Below are positions 43,287-58,040 of a stretch of 64,000 nt of DNA, piece after piece. The stretch comes from Eledone cirrhosa. Lineage: Eukaryota. Every line of letters begins with the position of its first letter. Position 1 is the stretch's first letter. Made by a program: the position numbers and the translations under genes. Location of the stretch: the NCBI GenBank assembly GCA_964016885.1, contig OZ024746.1, positions 41,788,001 through 41,852,000 of the forward strand, written 5' to 3'. A model generated the notes under the pieces. That model made no database searches. It was not told where the DNA came from and saw only the letters and a list, made by a program, of their open reading frames with translations.

Positions 43287-43994
43287 GTATATGAGGGAAA
43301 AGTTGCCTTTGAGGCATCTGAATCGCATACGAGAAAGTAAAGCGGGATGTGAGGAAGGGCATTGCTGTTGCACTTCCAGACGGCGAGGGTCCTCCTATGG
43401 TGCTGACATACAGCGTCTGTGCGAGACTCTGCCTAAGCAAAGCTGGACTCGAAAGTCATCTTCGCAGTCATAAAGTAAGACCAGTGGTTGACTACCAGGC
43501 TGCTGTTGGAGATGCTACTCATCATGCTTGCCAAACATGTGGTAGAGAATGTAAATCAGCAGGAGGGCTCAAGCGACATGCAAAAGTACACGAACTCCAA
43601 CCACAGCCGACTATTCCCAATGAATGTTTTGGTTGCCGACTCTGTGCAAGACATTTTAGATCATTGGCTGGGCTAAAAAGCCACATTCGATCGCAGCACT
43701 GTTAGTTGCTAACGTGTGTGTGTGTGTGTATAGATATGTTTGTGTGTGCATGTATGTGTATATGTATATGTATATGTATATTATTATTGTTGTTGTCGTT
43801 ATTATTATTGTTGTTATTGTTATTATTGTTATTAATGTATGTGTGTGTGTATATATGTGTGTGTATGTATGTATATGTATGTGTATGTATATATATATGT
43901 ATATATGTATATATATATATATATTTCTTTATTTTTTATTTTATTTTTTATCTATTTATTAATTTTTATTTTTATTTTTTTATTTATTTTTTAA

Positions 43995-44025
<31 letters not shown>

Positions 44026-44112
44026 TTTTATTTTTTTATTTTATTTATTTTATTTTTTTTCTCCTCGTGCAATGGCCATACTCGATAACGAGGGGGGGGG
44101 GGCAGCCATCAT
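43287..44112 (+). mobile_element. 3' end of an RTE/BovB-like LINE with C-terminal C2H2 zinc fingers
   Basis: [61 protein letters not shown]. Tail tggccatactcgataacgag..gcagccatc(at)n resembles family B. Confidence 0.7.
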
Positions 44113-44837
44113 ATATATATATGTATGTATATATGTATATATATGTATGTATATATGTATATGTATATATGTGTATATATATATGTGTATATATATATGC
44201 ATGTATATATCAATATATATATATATGTATATATGTGTATATATATATGTGTATATATGTGTATATATGTGTGTGTATATATGTGTTTGTATATATGTGT
44301 CTGTGTATATATATATGTGTATATATATATATGTGTATATATATATATGTCTGTGTATATATATATATGTGTATATATGAATGTGTATATATGTATATAT
44401 ATATATGTGTATATAAGTATGTGTATATATGTATATATATATGTGTATATATGTATGTGTATATATGTATATATATATGTGTATATATGTATGTGTATAT
44501 ACGTATATATATATGTGTATATATGTATATATATATGTGTATATATGTATGTGTATATACGTATATATATATGTGTATATATGTATGTGTATATATGTAT
44601 ATATATATGTGTATATATGTATGTGTATATATGTATATATATATGTGTATATATGTATGTGTATATATGTATATATGTATGTGTATATATGTATATATGT
44701 ATGTGTATATATGTATATATATATGTGTATATATGTATATATATATGTGTGTGTATATATATATGTGTATATGTATACATATATGTGTATATATATATAT
44801 ATAAATATATATATACACACACATATATATATATCTA

Positions 44838-45188
44838 TCATCATCATCATCATCATCATTTCAATTTACGTCCGCTTTTTCCCTGCTTGCAAGGGTGGGA
44901 CGGGAACAGATTCTGGCTTGATTTCTACAGCTGGATGCCCTTCCTAACACCAACCTCATTTACGGTGAGTGCTAGGTGCTTTTTTGCCGTGGCACCTCCA
45001 CGACCACTTTGCAGTGGAATGATATGGACCCCAGTCCCTATCATCTCATTTCTACAGCTGAGTAAACTGGAGCAATGTGAAATAAAGTGTCTTGCTCAAG
45101 CAAACAACACATCACCCGGTCTGAGAATTGAACTCACAACCTTTCGATTGCAAGGCCAATGCTCTAACCACTAAGCCATGTGCCTCCT
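44838..45188 (-). mobile_element. Full-length tRNA-derived SINE with RTE family A-like 3' tail
   Basis: Minus strand: A box tggcttagtgg, B box gagttcaattc, core gagcaagacactttatttcac, tail ggttggtgttaggaagggcatccagctgtagaaa...(gat)n. Confidence 0.88.
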
Positions 45189-45349
45189 CATATATATATA
45201 TACATATATACATATACACATATATATACACACATATATATATATATATACACATATATATACACACTCATATATATATATATACATATACACATATATA
45301 TACATATATATAATATAAGATCAAAAGATGGTTAAAGGAGTTCCATGTA

Positions 45350-45416
45350 TTTTATTATGCGCATTTCAAAAACAAACATCATCATGCAATAATGTTTGTG
45401 TTTTCATCAGATAAAA
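45350..45416 (-). ncRNA. Hammerhead ribozyme, left arm of fold-back copy 2
   Basis: Minus strand: ttttat-CTGATGA-aaacacaaacatt...atgtttgttttt-GAAATGCGCATA-ataaaa. Confidence 0.8.
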
Positions 45417-45558
45417 CAGGAGAACATGATATGAAGGCTAAAAAACACTTGTGGATAGTGCAGTTTTAAATCTACATATGTAGATTTAAATCTATATATG
45501 TAGATTTAAAACTGCACTATCCACAAGTGTTTTTTAGCCTTCATATCATGTTCTCCTG

Positions 45559-45625
45559 TTTTATCTGATGAAAACACAAATATTATTGCATGATGATGTT
45601 TGTTTTTGAAATGCGCATAATAAAA
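45559..45625 (+). ncRNA. Hammerhead ribozyme, right arm of fold-back copy 2
   Basis: ttttat-CTGATGA-aaacacaaata...tgtttgttttt-GAAATGCGCATA-ataaaa. Confidence 0.8.
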
Positions 45626-46164
45626 TACATGGAACTCCTTTAACCATCTTTTGATCTTATATTATGCATACTCCAGTCCTACAAACTGTAGAGTGCTTCT
45701 TATCCGATATCTGCATTGCTTTATTGTACTACAATAAAACCCACCTCCTACATTATACATATATACATATCTATATATATACACATATATATACACACAT
45801 ATATATATATATACATATACATATATATATATACATATACACATATATATATATATACATTTACACATATATATATATACATATACACATATATATATAT
45901 ATACATATACACACATATATATACATATACACATATATATATACATATACACATATATATACATATATACACATATATATATACATATACATATATATAT
46001 ACATATACACATATATATATATACATATACACATATGTATATACATATACACATGTATATATATATGTGTATATGTATATATATATGTGTATATGTATAT
46101 ATATATGTGTATATGTGTATATGTATATATATGTGTATATGTATATATATGTGTATATGAATAT

Positions 46165-48192
46165 ATCATCATCATCATCATCATCATCAGGTTTAGCGTC
46201 CGTGTTCCACGCTTGCATGGGTTTGGACGGGGGTTTTCCCACTTGAGGCAAGAGTGGTTGTCTTGCTCGCATAGGACTGTCTGGCGGGTTTTCTACAGTT
46301 GGATGCCCTTCCTAACACCAACCACATTTACAGTGTGGGGCTGGGAGGTTTTTACCGTGTTGCCTACACGGCCACATTACAGCGTGGACTGTCTGGCGGG
46401 TTTTCTACAGCTGGATGCCCTTCCTAACACCAACCACATTTACAGTGTGGGGCTGGGAGGTTTTTACCGTGTTGCCTACACGGCCACATTTACAGCGTGG
46501 ACTGTGTGTTTTTTGTCGTGACACCTACACGATCTCATTTGTTTCGGCCTGGATGTTGTGGGACCAACATAACTTTACATTGAAAGGGGCGGTGTGGGTG
46601 GGGTGGAGGTGGTGGGACGGGGGTGTGTTTTGATAGAGATGCCTACTGACTGTAGTAGGTTTTTACTTTGTATTTAGGTAAGGCGGGTCTTCTCTATTAC
46701 TGAGTACCGCCAAAGGTCTCGGTCCAGTGACATTGTCTTGGAGAGGTGTAAGCGTGTGAGGTCGGAATTTATCAGCTCGTCCCATGTTTTTCTGGGTCTG
46801 CCTACTCCGTGGCTACCGTCTATCTTTATTGCCCTGCACTTTGTTATACAGCTGTCGTCTTTCATGCGCATCACGTGACCATACCAACGTAGCCTTCTCT
46901 CGAGTAAACAACATCTGATCCCTCTTATTTCTAATTTTTTCCTTAGTTCGTTTATGCTTTGCCGTTCACGTATATTACTATTGCACATCCAGCGGAGCAT
47001 GCAAGCTTCGTTCCTCTCTAGTCTGCGTATATCCTCTGCACACAATGCCCAGGTCTCACTGCCATGCAGCATTGCTGTTCGTATGCAGGCATCGTATAAC
47101 CTGCCTTTCATTTTTAGGGAGAACCCTCTAGCGGCTAATAGTGGTATAAGCTCTCTGAACTTTTTCCATCCAGTTCTGACTCTAGCTACTGTACTTTCAG
47201 AGCACCCTCCCCCACTGCTGATTTTGTCACCCAGATAACGGAAGCTGTCCACTATTTCTATAGAACCCTCTGCGCAGTTGAAGGAGCTAGTATTTTGTGG
47301 GCACTTGCTGCTACTTATTGCACCAGAGCACCGGCCACATGTAAAATCTATGTTCTTAGTTAGCTTACCTGTGATCCCACTACATCTTTTATGCACCCAT
47401 ACTTTGCATTTGGGACATAAGATGGAGTTTCTACCTACGCCTTTCCTACACACTGAGCATGGCCATTTCCCCGATGGGATCGCCGCCTTATTTTCTTTCC
47501 TACAAACTAGAACTTTAGTCTTAGCCAGGTTAATTTTAAGTCCTTTTGATTCTAGGCCGTGCTTCCACGTTTGGAATTTCTTCTCTAGTTCGGTCATTGA
47601 TTCAGCTATGAGCGTTAGATCATCTGCGTATAGGAGTTCCCATGGGCAGCCGGTCTTGAACTCCTCTGTTATAGCCTGAAGGGCAATAATAAATAGTAGG
47701 GGGCTAAGTACAGAGCCCTGATGGACACCAACTTTTACGCTAAACTCTTCACTATATTCGTTGTTAATTCTAACCTTGCTGACTGTTTCTTTATACATGG
47801 CTTGTATAGCTCTCACAAGCCATTCGTCAACACCTAGTTTTCTAAGAGACCACCAGATAATGGAACGGGGGACTCTGTCGAAGGCTTTCTCCAAGTCGAC
47901 AAAAGCTAAGTATAGGGGTTTACTTTTAGCTAGGTACTTCTCCTGTAGTTGTCGTACAATGAAAAGAGCGTCTGTGGTACTTTTGCCTGACACAAACCCG
48001 AACTGCATTTCATCTAGATCAATTCTCTCTCTGATTAGTTGCGCTATTACTTTTTCCGTGACCTTCATGACCTGGTCGATTAATTTAATGCCTCTATAGT
48101 TACTCCTATCTAGGGCATCTCCTTTTCCCTTATAGCAGTTAACGATGATGCTGCTACGCCATTCCTTCGGAACAACCCCATTCTGTACGACT
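46165..48192 (-). mobile_element. RTE LINE family A, 5'-truncated, RT frame open (46674-48192)
   Basis: [11 protein letters not shown]...YADDL...[20 protein letters not shown]...RRLRWYGHV...KTRLT; ~100-bp duplication in the 3' UTR; (GAT)n tail. Confidence 0.95.
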
Positions 48193-48382
48193 ATTTGTAT
48201 ATATATATGTGTATATATATATGTGTATATATATATGTGTATTATATATGTGTATATATATATGTGTATTATATATGTGTATATATATATGTGTATTATA
48301 TATGTGTATATGTAAATATAAATGTGTATATGTATATAGATATATATATGTGTATATGTATATATATATATATGTGTATATG

Positions 48383-48413
<31 letters not shown>

Positions 48414-48928
48414 GTGTATATGTGTATATGTATATATATGTGTATATGTATATATATGTGTATATGTATATATATATGTGTATATATATATGTGTATATA
48501 TATATGTGTATATATATATGTGTATATATATATGTGTATATGTATATATATATATATATGTATATATATATGTGTATATGTGTATATGTATATATATGTG
48601 TATATGTATATATATGTGTATATGTATATATATATGTGTATATATATATGTGTATATATATATGTGTATATATATATGTGTATTATATATGTGTATATGT
48701 ATATATATATGTGTATATGTATATATATATATGTGTATATGTATATATATATATATATATGTATATGTATATATATATGTATGTGTATATGTATGCATAT
48801 ATGTATGTGTATATGTATGCATATGTGTTGTATATATATATGTGTATATGTATATATATGTGTATATGTATATATATGTGTATATGTATATATATGTGTA
48901 TATGTACATATATATATATATGTGTATA

Positions 48929-48961
<33 letters not shown>

Positions 48962-48977
48962 ATATATATATATGTGT

Positions 48978-50237
48978 ATCATCATCATCATCATTAACGT
49001 TTAACATCCGTGTTTCACGCTTGCATGGGTTTGGACGGGGGTTTTCCCACTTGAGGCAAGAGTGGTTGTCTTGCTCGCATAGGACTGTCTGGCAGGTTTT
49101 CTACAGTTGGATGCCCTTCCTAACACCAACCACATTTACAGTGTGGGTCTGGGTTTTTTTTACCGTGTCGCCTACACGGCCACATTACAGCGTGGACTGT
49201 GTGTTTTTTTGTCGTGACACCTACACGATCTCATTTGTTTTGGCCTGGATGGTGTGGCACCAACATAACTTTACATAGAAGGGGGCGGTGTGAATGGGTG
49301 GGGGTGGTGGGACGGGGGTGTATTTTGTTAGAGATGCCTACTAACTGTAGTAGGTTTTACTTTGTATTTAGGTAAGGCGGGTCTTCTCTATTACTGAGTA
49401 CCGCCAAAGGTCTCGGTCCAGTGACATTGTCTTGGTGAAGGGTAAGTGTGTGAGGTCGGAGTTTATCAGCTCGTCCCAGGTTTTTCTGGGTCTGCCTATT
49501 CCGTGGCTACCGTCTATCGTTATTGCCCTGCACTTTGTTATACAGCTATCGTCCTTCATGCGCATCACGTGACCATACCAACGTAGCCTTCTCTCGAGTA
49601 AACAACATCTGATCCCTCTTATTTCTAATTTTTTCCTTAGTTCGTTTATGCTTTGTCGTTCACGTATATTACTATTACCCATCCAGCGGAGCATGCAAGC
49701 TTCGTTTCTCTCTAGTCTGTGTATATCCTCTGCACACAATGCCCAGGTCTCACTGCCATGCAACATTGCTGTTCGTATGCAGGCATCGTACAACCTGCCT
49801 TTCATTTTTAGGGAGAACCCTTTAGCAGCTAATAGTGGTATAAGCTCTCTGAACTTTTTCCACCCAGTTCTGACTCTAGCTACTGTACTTTCAGAGCACC
49901 CTCCCCCACTGCTGATTTTGTCACCCAGGTAACGGAAGCTGTCCACTATTTCTATAGAACCCTCTGCGCAGTTGAAAGAGCTAGTATTTTTGGGCACTTG
50001 CTGCTACTTATTGCCCAGAACACCGGCCACATGTAAAATCTATGTTCTTAGTTAGCTTACCTGTGATCCCACTACATCTTTTATGCACCCAAACTTTGCA
50101 TTTGGGACACAAAATGGAGTTTCTACCTACGCCTTTCCTACACTCTGCGCATGGCCACTTCCCGGAGGGGACCGCCGCCTTATTTTCTTTCTTACAAACT
50201 AGAACTTTAGTCTTAGCCAGGTTAATTTTAAGGCCTT
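48978..50237 (-). mobile_element. RTE LINE family A, 5'-truncated
   Basis: ORF 49368-49997 matches the C terminus of the 46674 copy; (GAT)n tail. Confidence 0.93.
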
Positions 50238-50706
50238 ATGTATATATATATATATGTGTATATTTATATGTATATGTGTATATATATATATATGTGTATA
50301 TGTATATATATGTGTATATGTATATATATATATATGTGTATATGTATATATATATATATATGTGTATATATATATATGTATATATGTGTGTATGTATATA
50401 TGTGTATATGTATATATATATATATGTGTATATATATATATGTATATATGTGTGTATGTATATATATATATATGTGTATATGTATATATATATGTGTATA
50501 TATATGTGTGTATGTATACATATATATATATATGTGTAAATATACATGTGTATATATATATGTGTATATATATGTATATATATATATATATGTGTATATA
50601 TATATGTGTATATATATGTGTATATATATATATATGTATATATATATATGTGTATATATATATATGTCTATATATATATATGTATATATATGTGTATATG
50701 TATATA

Positions 50707-50737
<31 letters not shown>

Positions 50738-51410
50738 GTGTGTATATATATATATCTGTGTGTATGTTTATATGTATATATGTATATATATATATCTGTG
50801 TGTATGTTTATATGTATATATGTATATATATATATCTGTGTGTATGTATATATGTATATATATATATATATATATGTGTGTGTATATATACATATATATA
50901 TATATATATGTGTGTGTATATATACATGTATATGTATATATATATGTGTGTGTGTGTATATATATGTATATATATATATCTGTGTGTGTGTATATATATA
51001 TATGTGTGTATATATATATATGTGTATTTATATATCTGTGTGTATGTGTATACCTATATGTATATATATATATCTGTGTGTCTGTATATATATATATGTG
51101 TGTGTGTATATATATATGTATATATATATATATCTGTGTGTGTGTATATATATATGTGTGTGTGTATATATATATGTATATATATATATCTGTGTGTGTG
51201 TATATATATATATGTGTGTGTGTATATATATATATATGTGTGTGTGTATATATATGTGTGTGTGTGTATATATATATATATGTGTGTGTGTGTGTATATA
51301 TATATGTGTGTGTATATATATATGTGTGTGTGTGTATATATACATATGTGTGTGTGTGCAAACATACATGCAAGCATGTGTATTTGCATTTACATACATA
51401 CGTGTATAAT
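50238..51410. repeat. (TA)n/(TG)n microsatellite
   Basis: Direct inspection. Confidence 0.97.
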
Positions 51411-54192
51411 GAAGTTACAATGAAAATCAAATTAAAAAAGTTTTGCTCTTCACATCTTAATAATTTAGCTGCTGATCTATTTAACGGGAAGAAATAAAAT
51501 TTCTATTCATGTCGTGTTGATATCCATTCAAGATGCAAAGCAGCTTCAGTTGGTGGTGAAGGAAGTTATTGAAATGTGCAGACTATTATATCACTTCAAC
51601 ATTTTTCTTCTCAGGCTTTCTTCAAGATTTAAGAGAGGATAGAAATTTTCCACTTCCATTGTATTGAACATTTAACTTTATTTTTTTAAAGTTAACTATT
51701 CTAAACTTTTAAAAATAAGACAGATTTAATTAAAATAGTATTTGAAAAGTTTAAATTAAAATTGTATAAATTTACAACTATTCCTTTGAAATACTCATCT
51801 TGAAAAATACTAGATTGGTAAGAAATAATTCCTTGATGTTTGGGATATTTTAAAAGTAAAAGAATAGGTGTGAGCTGATTAAATAGTTTAGGTAATATAT
51901 TTTAAAAGGTTTTGAAATGTTTACAAAAATAATTTTCTGTGGTTTTAATAATAAAATTATTATTATCATCTAACGCTTTTTACCTTCTATTTCTACTTCA
52001 TGAGAAAGTAAAGGACAAGCATGTTGTCTTAATGATGCTAGTAAATCAGTCATTTGCCAGTTAGTCTTCATTTTCGCTGTCATTTCCAGACAACTAATAA
52101 CAAGTAACCTCCGTGGCCTAGAAAATTTTCTAAAGAAGCCAAGTTGTTGATGCTGACAGAGGTGTCAGCTTGGCACAGAATAAAATCAATATCTTGAAAG
52201 AGAAGAAGTAATATGATGGAATATATATCAGGATTTAATGTAGCATACCTTCCAGAGATGTAATTTATAACTGTGCAGCAGTGTAATGTCAGTATACAGA
52301 CACTTATAAAACTGGGAACTCATTTGGGTAAACTCAACATAATAAAAAATGAAGGAAAAAAATTCTTTTCAAGTTATGTAGGAAAGATGAATGCTGTAAT
52401 ATATGCACAGGAAGAAAGAATTTTTACACTTTCTTATCCCATCTGGTTATTTCACAGAAAAAATCTAATTCTGTTTTCTATGTAGACTCAAATTGGTTTT
52501 TATTGTAAGCTATACATTTTTTAAAACAGATCTTAAATTGAATTTACAGGAAATATAAATTTTAACTGTTAAATCCTTTCTTAGAATTAATATCCTCTAT
52601 TTCCTATGCAGTTAGAATTTTCTTTAAAATAATTTATCTTATCCACAGTTTTCAAAAGATGCAATTACCTACTTTTCAGGGTTTCTTCTGAAAAAATTTC
52701 AGGTAGTTCAGGTTTAATTCTGCTTGGTAAGTTGATTTTTGCATTGCAGTCTGGCAACTCAAAACATGTATGGTTATCAATTATAGTCTGATATTTGCTA
52801 TCTTAGTCTGGAACACATGAGAGATATATGAGGTAATGAAATCATGGTCAGAAATTATTTCTCTGTGTTACACTGATACCCATCCTGTCAAAAATATAAC
52901 ATCTTGTCATGCAATCTTTGCAAGACCATTTCATTACTTGAACAGTTCTAAAATGGATTACATTATCTACAATATAAACTTTATCTATTATAGATAAAAA
53001 TAACTTTGAATGAGTACTGATAAAATCACATTTTAACTTTGAATCTTAACCCTTTTGATACCAATCTGCCCCAAACCAGTTTTGGTGCTATTAAAGAAAA
53101 CCACTTACTTTAAAGGGTTTCTGTATAAATGAAAATCATCCAACATAATTTTTATAGAGGAATCATGTTATATTACTCTCTTAGAAATGCAATAATTAAT
53201 ACTTTTAGTACGTGCCTCAAAATTCTTCATTAACTAATTGAAATAACTAATTCATTGCATAAGACTATTTTTTATTAGAAATTCGGTCACAAAATGGTTA
53301 ACACTTTTGGAAATGTTTGAGCATCTTTTATTGAAGTGTAACTGAGATAAATATATAAGAAATCAAATTTTACATCATAGAGAACTTGTGAGATGATGTA
53401 ACAGGTTGGAAAATTGAATGATATATAATAACTGCAGAAATTAAAATTGTTGTCAAAACATATATATAAATAACAAACCAATCAACCACAGTAAACTTAA
53501 ATAATTTTGTGCATAACTTGTTGACTTGTTAGTGCCCAAAGAATATAAAGAATTAATGCTAACTAAAGGAATTTTGTTAGGTCTTTGCAAATATTTAATC
53601 TTATTTGCATTAGTTTACAGTTACCAGGTGTTTTGGGAATGCTCAGAAAGTGTGCCTTCTTTTCCTTGCTTCGGCATTATAGAAAATGGTATTATGTATC
53701 TATAATGATCTTTGTCTCTGTCTTAAATATATAGTGTATTCTATCAGATAGTTTCTTAAAAGCATACCTGTTGTGTTTTCATATTTATTGCACCATCATA
53801 TTTGTTACATCTTTATGTTTGTTGCATACAGTGTATAATGTGGTTTGTATTTATTTATCTAGATTTAATCTCTAGAAATGAAGCAAAGATATGAATCCTT
53901 GTTTATATTTTCATACTATCTGAGGAAGAATTACAGACCAAACATCTAGAGCTTATATTCTATCACTGGTGATGTATTGTTTTCATTACAAAGACACTTA
54001 ACTCTTGCCACCTCTATCTACCATGTAATAAAAAACTACAATGAAGAAATACATCTTACAAGTGAAATCATTAGGCACAGATATTATTTTATATGATAAA
54101 TATTTTGTTAGTTTGCAAAGGTAAATCAAATTTTTCTATTGGTATAATTTAGATAAATAGATAGATAGAAATATATATCCTCCTCCAACTCA

Positions 54193-54774
54193 ACATCATC
54201 ACCATCATCATCATAATCACCATAATACATCTGTTTTCTCTGCTAGTAAGAGTTGGATGGGTTATCACAGACCAAGTCATTACTCAAACAGAGCTACCGA
54301 CCTCACTGATGAGCTGGTGGCTTACATCTTGCTTACTTACATTCCATACTCTACTGAGTAGTTGGTTGGGCTGGAGGCCTGCATCTCATACTTTCCTGTG
54401 GCACTCTACTGAGGGAATTTTATATATCCAATCCAATCCCTTCTCATTTCTGTTGGAGTAACCCCTCCCTGGTTTACCTCCACCACTTTCTGTTTGGTTT
54501 TGGTCATGTCAGGGGTGTAACTATACTCACCACGCTTAGCCAATTGCAGGTTGGTGAGGTTATTTAACCCACAGTTGGAGTGGATGGACATTGATTCCAA
54601 GAAGTTTATTCACCCTTTTACAGCTCATTTTATGTGCTGCTGTTATTTCACTTACCCTCCTCACCAAACTAGGGTCTGTTGGGGGAGCCTGTTACATTGC
54701 CAACAACTCTACCATGAAGCAGATTGTACTGGGTTACATGGTACCAGTAGCAGGCAGAAGCCTGACCTGACCTA
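54193..54774 (-). mobile_element. Diverged non-autonomous element with family B-like 5' head and (GAT)n-type tail
   Basis: Minus strand gtcaggtca..tgctactggtaccatgtaacccagtacaatctgcttcatggt..ttggtgaggagggt aligns with 17657-17770; ends aacccatccaactc...gatgatgat. Confidence 0.6.
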
Positions 54775-55544
54775 TATATATATATATATATATAGTGAGT
54801 GATGTACTCCCCAGGCTGACATACTCAAGATACACTGCATATAGACAAAAATCTTTAATGCTACTCAAACAATGCAATGGGTAATGATGTATATTTATCC
54901 ATTCTGAAATTTGAAGATTTGAGTATATTTAGATGAAAAGAATTGATTAAAATTGACTAGATTTTACTAAAATCCTAACCAATATTTTCAACATGACCAT
55001 TGTTTTAATATAAGCTTGAATGAAACAAGAAAGTAAGAAATAGAATCGAAGAATAAATCCAGCATAGAAACAACAATGTATAAAAAAGAAGTCTAAGTGT
55101 GTGTACGTATATATAAAGACAAGTATGTGTGTAATAATATATAACAGGAGTTACCTTTGTGTGACTTGACAGTGAGGCGTCAGTGTTTGTGGTTAGCTTC
55201 TGATATCTTAAAGAAACAAGTTTTCATTTACTTGAAAGGTTGCTTGTGTTTTTTTTATGTGCTGATATATTTATATTTCTCTTTCATTTCTGCTGAGATT
55301 CAATAAATAAGATCTAATTTATTGGTTATTGGTTTATGCCTGACATTGTTTTTTTTTATATAGCAGTGTTATATAATTAGCTACAAAGCAGCTTTCTTTG
55401 TATGCTTTCTCAGTTGAAACCTTCTCCAGTGCTTATTAAACTCAGGCAAGAGATAGTATGTCTGAATGTATGTCTGGATATATATGTGTATGAAAAATAT
55501 ACAAACAATAAAAATAAAAATGGTGTCTAATTTAGGAACAAGAG

Positions 55545-55690
55545 CTTGACTGATACATTATTTTATTGAACCTGGAAGGAAGGATGAAATGCAAATTTGA
55601 CTTCAGTCTGATTTGAACTCAGAATATAAAGATTTGAAACTAATACTGCAAATCTCTTTATTCAAGGCTCAAACGATTTTGCTGATTCAT
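55545..55690 (-). mobile_element. Old tRNA-derived SINE remnant
   Basis: Minus strand ttctgagttcaaatc...tttcatccttcc...caataaaa; similar to 61685-61810. Confidence 0.5.
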
Positions 55691-56870
55691 CATTTTGCAC
55701 CACCAATCTAATGGCTTTTTTGCTTTGCACCCATAATGTGGTAATGCTCAAGGATGACACCATGACCTTCATGAGTCATCAGGATCTTTGTGTCCATGCT
55801 GACAGTACTCAACTATATGCCATTTTTGTTACATTTGTTACTCATATTGCACCATAAATGCTTTGATGAGCTATGAGTAAAGCACCAAACCAATATCCTT
55901 AGTTGTGACTCTCATATTCTTCCATTACATATAATTTTGCACAAGCCTGTGAGCATGTCAGTGGTACTTGGCTTTGAAAAGCAGGTAAATGGTTCTGTAT
56001 TCTCAACCATGTTCGTTGGAAATGGCTTTGTTCTGAACATTGGCTAGGACTTCTTTCAACCTTCCTTTTAAGGGAATGTAGAAGCCATCTCCATTTTTAA
56101 CAAGACAAGTATTTTACTATTCTCCTTTTCCATCCCTAAATGTATCCTAAAAGAGGCTAGACACTGTCCTTTGCAACAGACCGCTCTCTCGTCCTTTTCT
56201 TCTCTAGGAATCAACTTAAATCATTTGGTTTATTCAGAGTTGCTCCTCTCCCAGATGAGTCAGAGTATTGCATCTTACTTGTATATTCCAAATAGAGATT
56301 AACCAAATTAAGGAGTTTTGACTGTAAGACAAGATACTTTTTACCATGAAGTAGATTAAATATACTTACCATATGTCCAGCTGAGTATTACAAATAGAGA
56401 AATATTATAGAAGAAATATAGCAGGACTAAGGAAGTGCCTAACAGAAAACCAGAAATGCTAGGAAATGTTATAAAAATAAGAAATATTTTCTGCAGATAA
56501 GGAAGCAATAAGTATAGTATAGAAACTGAAGATACAGCAGCAGAAGATAAAACCAAACACTAACTGACAAAATAAAGAAAACAAAGAATGATCTGAAAAA
56601 AAGAAAAGCAACAACAAAACACTTCAATGTGTAACCAAAGAGATATAATGAAATATAACTTTATAGGGTCAGCATCCATCAAAATAGTACAGAGATGGCA
56701 TTAGAGCTGACTTTAGAGCTGGAGAATATATCATCATCATCATCATCATCACCCATTCATATACTATATATTATATACTATATAAACTGATTTTACATTT
56801 CATATGTCAGATGTTTTAACAATGTAGAATATATACCAATATATGATATGATATATATATATATATATAT

Positions 56871-57663
56871 ATACGTGAACGGCAGAGCATTAACGAACTA
56901 AGGGAAACATTAGAAATAAGAGGGATCAGATGTTGTTTACTCGAGAGAAGGCTACGTTGGTATGGTCACGTGATGCGCATGAAAGATGACAGCTGTATAA
57001 AAAAGTGCAGGGCAATAAAAATAGACGGTAGCCACGGAGTAGGCAGACCCAGAAAAATCTGGGACGACTTGATAAATTCCGACCTCACACACTTACACCT
57101 CTCCAAGACAATGTCACTGGACCGAGATCTTTGGCGGTACTCAGTAATAGAGAAGACCCGCCTTACCTAAATACAAAGTAAAACCTACTACAGTCAGTAG
57201 GCATCTCTAACAAAATACACCCCCCCCCCCCCCACCCCATCCACACTGCCCCTTTCAAAGTAAAGTTATGTCAGTACCACAACATCCAGGCCGAAATAAA
57301 TGAGGTCGTGTAGGTGTCACAACAAAAAAAAACACACAGTCCACGCTGTAAGGTGGCCGTGTAGGCAACACGGTAAAAAGCTGCCAGCCCCACACTGTAA
57401 ATGTGGTTGGTGTTAGGAAGGGCATCCAGCTGTAGAAAACCTGCCAGACAGTCCACGCTGTAATGTGGCCGTGTAGGCAACACGGTAAAAACCTCCCAGT
57501 TCCACACTGTAAATGTGGTTGGTGTTAGGAAGGGCATCCAGCTGTAGAAAACCCGCCAGACAGTCCTATGCGAGCAAGACAACCACTCTTGCCTCAAGTG
57601 GGAAAACTCCCGTCCAAACCCATGCAAGCGTAGAATATTGACGTTAAACGATGATGATGATGA
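56871..57663 (+). mobile_element. RTE LINE family A 3' fragment
   Basis: [25 protein letters not shown]; 3' UTR with ~100-bp duplication; (GAT)n tail; starts in (TA)n. Confidence 0.93.
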
Positions 57664-57675
57664 TACATGTATACA

Positions 57676-58040
57676 CAGTTGTCCCTTGGTATTTGCGGGG
57701 TTACGTTCCCAGGGCACCTGCGAAGAGTGAAAAACCATGAATATTGGATGTGGTCCATAAGAATGCCTATAAATGTCAAAATATAATGTAAAATATAATA
57801 AAAAAGTAAGGAGCACCTTATGCGAAGGGGCATCCAATAGGCCAGCAAATACGGTATATTGTTATTAATAATTTATTGTTAAAAAATATATATTGCCACA
57901 AAAAAAAGCCATAAAAAAAAATCACAGAAGATATTTACAATTCTGTGAATATGCGGTGGTCTCCACAAATTATTATTAGTTAGGTTCTATGGAAAATTCC
58001 ATGAATAACCAGGACCATGAATGTCGAGGGATACACTGTA
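57676..58040. mobile_element. Degenerate Tigger/pogo-like MITE
   Basis: Imperfect TIRs cagttgtcccttggtatt ... aatgtcgagggatacactg-ta. Confidence 0.45.

Larger units (their letters stand above)
45311..45755. mobile_element. Fold-back element with one hammerhead per arm, copy 2
   Basis: taatataagatcaaaagatggttaaagg...cctttaaccatcttttgatcttatatta, plus an unpaired extension to 45755. Confidence 0.85.

Noticed and set aside
43349-43705. Host C2H2 zinc-finger gene
   Set aside because: Preceded by a frameshifted RTE-like C terminus and followed by the family B-type tail; better explained as a LINE 3' end.
45110-45188. tRNA gene
   Set aside because: A and B boxes run into a SINE core and LINE-derived tail; no proper acceptor stem.
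54300-54340. CTGATGA hammerhead-like core (similar hits near 53920, 55777, 61009 and 63937)
   Set aside because: No correctly placed GAAA with stems I and III; expected by chance.
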